A DNA stretch of 64,000 bases. Source: Eledone cirrhosa. Taxonomy: Eukaryota. The stretch covers positions 60,512,001 through 60,576,000 of the forward strand of contig OZ024740.1 of the NCBI GenBank assembly GCA_964016885.1. Direction: 5' to 3'. Below are positions 54,070 to 64,000 of this stretch, piece after piece. Each line of letters begins with the position of its first letter. The stretch's first letter is position 1. The notes beneath the pieces were generated by a model that saw only the letters and a list, made by a program, of their open reading frames with translations, searched no databases and was not told the origin of the DNA. The translations under genes were made by a program, and so were the position numbers.

Positions 54070-54335
54070 GTATTCTTGCACAAGATACGTTATTTCACGT
54101 TGCTCCAGTTTACTCAGCTGTAGAAATGAGTTGCGACCTCACTGGTGCCAAGCTGTATCGGCCTTTGCCTTTCCCTTGGACAACATCGGTGGCGTGGAGA
54201 GGGGTGACTGGTATGCATGGCCGACTGCTGGTCTTCCACAAACAATCTTGCCCAGACTTGTGCCTCGGAGGGGAACATTCTTGGTGCAAAACCCATGGTC
54301 ATTCGTGACCAAAGGGGGTCTTTACCCTCTTACCC
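54070..54335 (+). mobile_element. SINE family B body and tail
   Basis: TTTCACGTTGCTCCAGTTTACTCAGCTGTAGAAATGAG shared with 7450-7490 (reverse complement); TTTACC-like tail. Confidence 0.7.
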
Positions 54336-54591
54336 TATATTATGCATGTTTAGCACCTACTCCCTTAATTTCAATCAAATAATTTTCATAGCTTTTTAAA
54401 TCTATATTTTACACAATTATAAATTACTGTCTTTCAGCATATTTTCTAAATTCTCTGATCCTTTATTCTATCACTCTCCATCCATAGCGCATAACAGATG
54501 GGTTCCTCTTACAAAATGAGATCTATTTCATTTAAACAAGCCCCCAACCTTCTTCAAATTCTGCGTGTTCCTTAATAAGTGCCTATGCACC

Positions 54592-54622
<31 letters not shown>

Positions 54623-54878
54623 ATATGTATATATATATAAATATGTACATTGAGAAATAAGCCAAACACTGCTAGCTATATCATATTTTAATTTACGTGC
54701 GTTTCATCCTTAATATTACGATTCCTCAAACCTACATGAGGTATAGCTGCCTTAAATATGACATTATGTACACAAATTATATAACATAACAGTGTCGCTT
54801 TGTTTACATTTAAAAAAGAAATCGCTACACCATCTATAATTATTTGATTTCGTATTTGAAATCATATTACTTTATTTA

Positions 54879-55101
54879 TATATATATATATATACATGCT
54901 ACTGTACGTCTGTATACATATATGTATGTACGTATACATACATACTTACATTTATATATATATATATATATATATATGGAAAAGAATGAAACGAAATTTC
55001 ATTTCTCACTCTTAGTACGGCTGGTACTTAAATGTAAGTATGTATGTATACGTACATACATATATGTATACAGACGTACAGTAGTATGTATATATATATA
55101 T
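54879..55101. repeat. Inverted repeat, about 75-bp arms
   Basis: 54879-54954/55029-55101. Confidence 0.8.
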
Positions 55102-55147
55102 CCACACATATATATATATGTACGTATGGGTTTACCGAACATTTATT

Positions 55148-55268
55148 ATAATTGTTTCTACTTTAGGCACAAGGCCAGCAATTATCCAGTTCATTACTGG
55201 TACTTTATTTTTATCGACCCCGTAAGGATGAAAGGCAAAGTCAACCTCGGCGGGATTTGAACTCAGAT
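55148..55268 (-). mobile_element. Truncated family A SINE
   Basis: Consensus match. Confidence 0.85.
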
Positions 55269-55530
55269 GCTCGGTTTGTTCGTAAACAAACAAACCGAAT
55301 TACGCCGTACACTGTTCAGGCAACCATCGTCACCTTTTTGTTCAACACTGACAAGGAACGATGTACTAGTTTCAAGCTTATTAGCTAACGTCAGCATCGT
55401 ATACCTTTCTGTCAGATGGTTGAACGTCTGAAAGTATATACTTTCCTTATGCATATTAATGGCTGAGCAGCCTAATTTGCATATTGAGTGAGTTAGTCGG
55501 CCGGGCGCACATATATATATATATGTACAT

Positions 55531-55603
55531 AACAAAGAGGGTGTGGTAAGATACCAGGTGGATCTAGCTGTCGAAACGGCCGGAGCTCAGACGTCGGGGT
55601 CCT
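55531..55603. mobile_element. Micro-fragment of the 13290 PLE family with an inverted junction
   Basis: Terminus-like TGTGGTAAG.ACCAGGTGGA joined to an opposite-orientation HHR 3' half (GTCGAAACGGCCGGAGCTCAGACGTCGGGGTC). Confidence 0.7.
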
Positions 55604-56077
55604 GAATATTTTCATATATACATACATATATATATATACACTCAAATTTTAGGTATCATAATATATATATTATGTATGATGTTTGTGCTTCTCAATGGAA
55701 AAGCTCAATGGACATTTATCCAGAGATTCAATAATTCAAATTTATAGATATATATAGAGACACAGAGAGAGACAGCCATATATCTTTTGAGAAGACAGTA
55801 TTTCGTGCACACACAAAATGAACATAATATTTAGGAAGAATACATACTTCAAATCATGATCGATTGCTTAGATCGATTTTAAGTTGTGGTTCTTCTTGAA
55901 TCATGAAATCGACATATGGAAATAAGAAGTTGTTCCATAGGTATCAACAAACATAGAAATAAATACTAGGATAGATATGACCGACTAAACCCTTGAAAGT
56001 AATCTCACAGCATGGCTGCAGCCCAATGACTGTTATTCTTCTTCTTCTTCTTCTTCTTCTTCTTCTTCTTCTTCTTG

Positions 56078-56625
56078 CGTCCGGAGCGAAAATCACACTG
56101 GTCATGAGCTAGCTTGGACTAGGCAATCTCACCACATCTCTTTGCCAGGCACTTAGTATTGATTTTACCCGGGAGGGTTAACAAGGAGATCCCTCTATAA
56201 TTGGAGCAATCTCTCTTTGATTCTGTGCTTGATGTTCGTGTTAAGAGAAGAGCTGAGCAGTCAACTGATCACCACCTAGTTATCTGTAACTCCTGACTAC
56301 ATAGAGCCAAAGAAGCCCAGAAAAGTGGCAGGTCCATGTCAACCTAGAGGATAAAGTGGGAAACGTTGGAGGATAAGGAAGTCAGGACCACGTATGCAGA
56401 TACTGTTGCATCCAAATTCAGAGAACTCCCAGAGCAAACTGAGGACGTTGAAACAGTTTCTGTTTCAGCTGTTAAATACTGCAGGCGAAAGAAGCATGGT
56501 CTGATGCTGGATGGCGGGAGGACCCCTTGGTTCACTCAAGAGGTCAAAGAAGGAGGACTTCAAAGCTTGGCTTGGAAATAAGTCTTCCTTCTTGCACTTG
56601 CGGTACAAACAGGCACGAAGAATCG
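56078..56625 (+). mobile_element. Decayed RTE-group LINE fragment
   Basis: VRVKRRAEQSTDHHLVIC (APE end) and RTPWFTQEVKE. Confidence 0.65.
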
Positions 56626-56782
56626 CATACACACACACACATTTTATTTATTTACTAGTTATATATATTTTATATGTGTGTGTGTGTGTGTGTGTGTGAA
56701 TGTATGTATATGCATGCGCGTGCGTGTTTGTGTGTGTCTGAGTAAGTATGTATTCCTGCCCCATGGACCCCACTATAGAATG

Positions 56783-58540
56783 AACACCACCACCACCATC
56801 ACTACCTACACCACCACCACTATCATCATCACCATCACCACCAACAACAACAAGACCAACACCACCAACACCACCATCATCATCATCCCTATCATCACTA
56901 CCACAAACACCCACCACCGCCATCAACACCACCAACATCACCACCATCATCATCATCATCGTCCCTATCATCACTACCACAAACACCACCACCACCACTA
57001 TCGCCATCACCATCACCACCACCATCATCATCATCATCCACTATCATCACTACCACAAACACCACCACCGCCACCAACACCACCACCATCACTACCAACA
57101 CCACCACCACCACTATCGTCATCACCATCACCGCCACTAACAACAACAACACCAACAGGCAACACCAACACCAACAACATTTTTTTTTTTTCTTGAATTT
57201 ATAAAATTTCTTAGAAAACAAAAGTTGAAACAAAATAAATATACGAAACGGTTGTTGGAAAGCGCTTAGCTGTGTTCTCACTGCTGAATGCCTGTACAGC
57301 GAGCGAGGTGGACGGCTTGCAGACGACTGCTTTAAAAAATTGTCCCGCGGTGAATGAAACAGTTATGGCGGCTGTAGGTAAGGATATAAAATATGGTGGT
57401 GGTGGTGATGGTGGTGGTGGTGGTGGTGGTGGTTGAGATAGTGTTGTTGGTGGTGGTAGTGGTGCTGGTGCTGGATGAGGTGATGGTGCTTGCGCTGGTG
57501 GTGGTGGTGGTGGTGGTTGAGATGGTGGTTGAGATAGTGTTGTTGGTGGTGGTAGTAGTGCTGGTAGTGGTGCTGGTGCTGGATGAGGTGATGGTGCTTG
57601 CGCTGGTGATGGTGGTGGTGGTGGTGGTGGTTGAGATAGTGTTGTTGGTGGTGGTAGTAGTGCTGGTAGTGGTGCTGGTGCTGGATGAGGTGATGGTGCT
57701 TGCGCTGGTGATGGTGGTGGTGGTGGTGGTGGTTGAGATAGTGTTGTTGGTGGTGGTAGTAGTGCTGGTAGTGGTGCTGGTGCAGGATGAGGTGATGGTG
57801 CTTGCGCTGGTGGTGGTGGTGGTGGTGGTTGAGAGAGATGGTGGTGGTGGTAGTGGTGGTGGTGTGATGGTGGTCGTGGTATTGGTGGTGATGGTGATGA
57901 TGGTAGTGGTAGTGGTGGTGGTGGTGGTAGCTGATGTGAGTGTGTGTGTGTGGGGGGGGGGGGGGGTTATGTAATATATGAAGAACAAGAGGGGGTAAGG
58001 AAGGGGTATGTGAGTGAACTATGTCAGGATGGTAAATTTGACGATGGGAGATGACTGTGTGGCGGAGGTGGGGGAATGGGAAGGAGGGATGGGGTTAGGG
58101 CGATAAAGAGGGTTGTTGAATGGGTGTCTGGGGTAAGGTTGGTGTCTAGTTGAGACACGTGGGTTTAGGCAGAAGGAGAATCAGGAGGGGGAAGGATGGA
58201 TGGGTGGACGGGTGGTAGGCAATGACTTCACAGGGTGGAGTACACACAATTATCTACCACTACTACTACTACTAACGCTGCTGCTGCTACTACTACTACT
58301 ACTACTATTACTACTACTACTGCTACTACTACTACTATTACTACTACTACTGCTACTACTGCTGCTGCTACTACTACTACTACTACTACTACTACTGCTA
58401 CTACTACTACTACTACTACTGTTACTGGTATTGTTATTGCTGGTGTTGTTGCCACCAGCTTCAGCACCATGTGCACAATTAAACATCAGCATACCGCCAG
58501 CTAGGCTTGTATTGTTATTGTTGTTGTTGTTATTGTTGTT
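56783..58540. repeat. Trinucleotide-derived tracts: (CAC/CAT) 56783-57180, (GGT) minisatellite 57393-57930, (CTA/CTG) 58255-58420
   Basis: Seen directly. Confidence 0.9.
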
Positions 58541-59492
58541 TAGCAGCCACCCCTCCCATGTCAGCGCTTGATCGTGTGCTGACAAGCATCTGATCAAAGG
58601 CATTCCTACCGTGACCATGCCGTTTTTTTTCGTTTTTTTTTTTACCTCATATGCATTATATCTAGGACTCCATTATACATGTGTTCCCTTCGCAATTTTT
58701 ATTTTTATCTTTTTGTTTTAGTAAACGGTAACAGGAATTTAGCTGCTATTTCTAGTGACTTCAGAGACTACATAGGCGCTTCCTAGTTGACATTTTCACA
58801 CTCTGTGTTATTGTTGTTTAGCCCAGGTCAACTCGGATCGAGTTAAGCTTATGATCCGCCACGATCACCCCAACATAGGGAGATTACATTTCTCCCTCTA
58901 TCTGCAAAATACAGCAGGAAAATCTTCCCCAAATCCTATCACACCTACTATGTAAAAATAAAAAAGACACATTGGGTAATAAATATAGTTCTGGAAATAA
59001 AAGATAGGGATGGTCATAACTTAAAGGATCGTATGTTGTCTCCGTTAGTGTTAACTTGGGCTTAAACAACAACACCAACAATAATAATTGTTTCTAGTTT
59101 TGGCACAAGGCCAGCAATTACTCTAGTGAATTGCTGGTGCTTTATTTTATAGACCCCGGCGGGATATGAACTCAGAATGTAAGAGGGTGTAACCATATGT
59201 CAATCCCCCGCCAACAATAAAAATAACAACTGCCCTGTTTGTTTTGGGTACTAGGACTACATCATCTAATATATTCTTTCCTATTCTATGACGGTATAGG
59301 TGTGATTTGAGGAAAATGTGGCTGCTATTTCTAGCAAGTCGAGCGATTGCTGGTTGGTTTGCCACAGTTTGTGTAGTTGTGGCAAAGAGTGAGTCTATTT
59401 GGGTAGTTAGAAGTCATCGATACGACGACGGCGACGTCCAGCCATGTTCAGGCGTGGGTTTCTTCCTCGCCTGTCTGTAGCCTGTGGTGGCT

Positions 59493-59559
59493 ACTATTGC
59501 AACAACTGGGAGTAATGTTGATCAAATTACCTTTAAGAACTTACTCCCAGCTATATAGT
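59493..59559 (-). ncRNA. Candidate pre-miRNA-like hairpin
   Basis: Minus strand: ACTAT-ATAGCTGGGAGTAAGTTCTTAAA-GGTAA-TTTGATCAACATTACTCCCAGTTGT-TGCA-ATAGT. Confidence 0.3.
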
Positions 59560-60201
59560 GATCTATCTACCAATCAACTGACGAAACAGAGAGAAAATTA
59601 AAAACAAAAACAAAACAAAACAAAAACCCTGGACGGACGGACGGAATCATTTTAAAAAATCGGGGGTGAAAAAGGAAGGGATATTGGGCGGTCGGAGGGG
59701 CGTGCGGGTGTATTAGGTCGCTATCGGACAGATTCTGGCAGAAACTGTTCTAGTGGCACCGTCACTGCTGCTTGCTGCAGCTGCTGCTATTGCTACTCGT
59801 TCAACTACTGCTCTTATTGATTACGGACCATTCCAGTTGTTTGGTTCCGCCGTTCTTGGCATCGGTTTAACTCCAGCACCAGTCAGTCACACAAACACAC
59901 GCGCTCGCAATCTCACACACACATTCAAAGAAGCAACAGCCGGTTTCTTTTTGTCTAAAACATCCACAATTATTAAAGAATATTTTACTTTATATCGCTC
60001 TCATTCTCGCTCTCTCTTTTTTTTTTCAACAAAGGCGCCCAGACGTCAAAAGAAAAGACAAAACTGTTTCGATGGATATTCGATTTTATATCGATATATA
60101 TTATAACATATAACATATATACATACAGACAACACACATACACACACATACATACATACATACATACATACATACATACATACATACATACATACATACG
60201 C

Positions 60202-60248
<47 letters not shown>

Positions 60249-60768
60249 TACATACATACATACATACATACATACATACATACATACATACATACATACA
60301 TACATACATACATACATACACACACATAGATTATACCTTGAAGTTTGAATCATCTACTTCACCTGAGAAAGGGAAATGTTTTTTAACCATCAGGCGCTGA
60401 CAGATTCTATTTATCGACTTGTAAATAAACGAGAGAGAAACTCAATGAACAGATGAAGTAGAGAGAGAAGGAGAAAAGCGAGAGAAAGAAAAATAGACAC
60501 TGTGAAAGAAGTAAAGCATGTAAGAAGTTGTTGAATAGGAGATTACAAAGATCGCCAGCAAATGAGAATCACAAATAAAAGTAAGTTGTACTTTTAATAT
60601 TTTAATATAATGTTGTTTGTTCAATAAACAGAAACAATTAATGAATTTTACTACATTGACAAAATAAAGCTTAACGTTGATATACACATGCACATAAACA
60701 TGTATGTATATCTGGATGTACGTATATATGTATGTCTGAATGTATCTATGTATATATGCATGTATGTG

Positions 60769-60843
<75 letters not shown>

Positions 60844-60997
60844 GTATGTATGTATGTATGTATATGCTTGTGTATATGGGGTGTGCATATATAAGAAACA
60901 AATGCGTGTATAAAAGAATAGTAATAGAATGTTTGTTTATGTATAAATAAGTATGGTGGATATCTCTCTCGGTCTCTCCATCTCTCACTCTCTTTCT

Positions 60998-61034
<37 letters not shown>

Positions 61035-61137
61035 CAGGGCGTTCCAAAAAAATGTATACACAAAGGTTGTGCATTCTAATAAATGTAGTCTGTCTGTACA
61101 GGTACTCGAAGTATGTATACATTTTTGGGACGCGCTG
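61035..61137. mobile_element. 103-bp Tc1/mariner-type MITE
   Basis: TIR CAGGGCGTTCCAAAAAAATGTATACA / TGTATACATTTTTGGGACGCGCTG; TA TSD. Confidence 0.8.
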
Positions 61138-61165
61138 TATATGTGTGTGTGTGTGTATGTGTGTA

Positions 61166-61207
<42 letters not shown>

Positions 61208-61784
61208 TGTGTGTGCCTGTGTGCGTGTGTGCGTGCGTGTGTGGGTGTATGTGTGTGTGTGTTATGTATGCTCGTATGTATGCATCCATTCATCTATGTA
61301 TGAACGTATGTGTCAGTGTGTCAACAGATGTAGTTATATTTACAAACACGAGCTGATGTATAAGCGAAAGAGAGTCAAACAGGGGACATGTGTGTCCGTG
61401 TGTGTATGTGTGTGGATGATAGCATCTATGAATACATATTGTATGCAAATGGCCAGTGTACGTACGACCTAAGACCTCAGTGATCAAATTATGCTATCCG
61501 GTTTCGATTTCCAGTCACAAACACCTCAATTAGTTTGCTTGCTAATGTGTGTGGGGAAGGATTGAGTGTCACCATTTCTCATTTACCTCGTTTTGTGTGT
61601 ATACAAAAAATACATTATAAGAACATACATACATGTATATATATATACATAGGCATACATACACGTATATATATATATATATATATATAGATAGATATAG
61701 ATATAGATATATACAGATATATACATACATATACACGTATATATACACACATACACAAACACACATATACACAACCACACACAC

Positions 61785-61841
<57 letters not shown>

Positions 61842-62611
61842 AGGAGCGAAAGAAAGACAGCGAGAGGGATATATATATGGATAGATAAACATTTATATAT
61901 TTGTGTAAGCGATATATATATATATACATATATGTATATACGTGTGTGTGTGTGCGTGTGTGTGCATGTGTGTGTGTCCGGATACCACATCTCTTACCAT
62001 TTGGTAGGCACACACGGATACTGACAGTTAAACATGCTTACACAACTACATACACACACACGCGCGCGCGCAAACAGATATACATTAAAAAAATTCACAA
62101 ACACATATGTAGATACACACACGCATACTTCCATCAACCGTGCACATAATACGTACACACACACATCCAGACACACACACACTCAGAAGAAATATCACGA
62201 ACGACATGCACACCCACAAAATGCACCCTATCTGCACACACGTAACGGTACTAATGATACACCTGGACTATTCACCTCTGCCCCCACCTACACCCTGCTG
62301 TCCTTACACATCTTAAAAAAACTTTTTTTTTTCTCTCAAACCTTCCCACCTCCGATTTTCTAACCTCATCACACTCCGAAGTTTACTCTTTCCTGATGAA
62401 GGACATATGTCCGATATGTTGAGTCATTTATTTACTTTATTTTTTCATTTTCCTTTATCTTCATTCCCAAACATGAACATAATAAGATTTTGTATTTTTG
62501 TATCGATGTGTTTGTCTTGTTTATTATTGAAGAATATATATAAAGATAGATTATTTGGTCATCCAACGTTTCTTTATTTGAATAATAGATAGATAGAAAG
62601 GAGGGAGGGGT

Positions 62612-62765
62612 GCAAGCATGGCTGTGTGGTTAAGGAATTCCCTTCGCCACTACGAGGCAGAGGGTTCAGTACCACAGCCCGACACCTTGGGCGAACGTTG
62701 TCTTCTGTAGCTTCGTGTTGTCTAATGCCCTGTAAGTGAAATTTGGTAAACGTGAAATATAGAAG

Positions 62766-62770
<5 letters not shown>
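62612..62770 (+). mobile_element. Degenerate tRNA-derived SINE (another family)
   Basis: TGGCTGTGTGGTTAAG..GGTTCAGTACC..CACCTTGGGC. Confidence 0.55.
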
Positions 62771-62830
<60 letters not shown>

Positions 62831-62833
<3 letters not shown>

Positions 62834-62950
62834 GAGTTCAAATCCCGCCGAGGTTAACTTTGCCTTTCATCCTTACGGAGTCGATAAAATAAAGTACCAG
62901 TAATGTACTGAATAATTGGTGGCCTTGTGCCAAAAGTAGAAATAATTATT
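62831..62950 (+). mobile_element. Truncated family A SINE
   Basis: Consensus match. Confidence 0.85.
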
Positions 62951-63033
62951 ATAACAATATATGTATATATATATATATAATATATATATATATAGAATAT
63001 AACATAATATATATATATAAATAAATTATATAT

Positions 63034-63114
<81 letters not shown>

Positions 63115-63139
63115 AATTATATATATACATATATATATA

Positions 63140-63185
<46 letters not shown>

Positions 63186-63187
<2 letters not shown>

Positions 63188-63253
63188 ATTTTTCTGATGA
63201 ATGAAGACAGACATAAATATCTGTCTTCAAGAAACCACTGGTAAATGAAATAA
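63186..63253 (+). ncRNA. Type I hammerhead in a roughly 100-bp insert within (TA)n
   Basis: TTATTTTT-CTGATGA-A-TGAAGACAGA-CATAAATA-TCTGTCTTCA-A-GAAA-CCACTGG-TA-AATGAAATAA. Confidence 0.72.
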
Positions 63254-63296
63254 TAATCTTATGTTATTTATTATATAACTATATATATATATATTT

Positions 63297-63330
<34 letters not shown>

Positions 63331-63407
63331 CAATATATATATACAATATATATACACATATATATACATATATATATACATATATATATATACATATATA
63401 TATATAC

Positions 63408-63566
<159 letters not shown>

Positions 63567-63908
63567 TATATATATATATATAAGATATACACATGGATGG
63601 TTTTAGTCATTGCAAAGCAACTACTGAATACAGCGACAAATATGAAAAGGACAAGGATTGGGTACATATGTTGAATCTCAATGAAAATTAAGTAAAATAC
63701 ACAGTTATGTCTGACGAGTCGCTGCACCCGAAACCTCAAAATAATTCTGTATTATTGTCTTATAAATTACACAAACACCCGTACTTACATATCCACAGAG
63801 ACACATACATACATATATACATGCATGCATACATACATACATACATACATACATACATACATACATACATACATACATACATACAGACATATGTCTATAT
63901 ATACAAAC

Positions 63909-63940
<32 letters not shown>

Positions 63941-64000
63941 ATATACATGTAAATATATATATATGTGTGTGCATAAATAACTATAGGTATATATATATAT

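Noticed and set aside
63703-63746. CTGACGA..GAAA motif
   Set aside because: Stem II and helix III pair poorly; counted only as weak

Overview
Repeat-dominated animal genomic DNA with no intact host protein-coding gene that I can recognise. The dominant SINE, (TA)n/(CA)n density and LINE content suggest an octopod cephalopod (inference from recall, not a database hit). Contents: about 25 copies of one tRNA-derived SINE; fragments of L1/Tx1, R4/Dong, CRE, RTE and CR1-group LINEs; a mariner element and MITEs; three Penelope-like elements (PLEs); and large micro/minisatellites that generate nearly all ORFs in the supplied track. The main finding is a dense set of roughly 15-18 type I hammerhead ribozyme (HHR) motifs from several unrelated PLE pLTR families, mostly sitting in (TA)n tracts. 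Several carry a covariant U3-A8 core or a long stem II insert. Many lie inside long fold-back palindromes. In up to three families, short inserted copies begin at or within a few nt of the predicted self-cleavage site, which suggests ribozyme cleavage defines the mobilised RNA. Secondary findings: a pre-miRNA-like hairpin in a unique block, a bipartite RTE derivative, an R4 chimera and a Gly/Tyr-rich pseudogene fragment. All structures were folded by eye.
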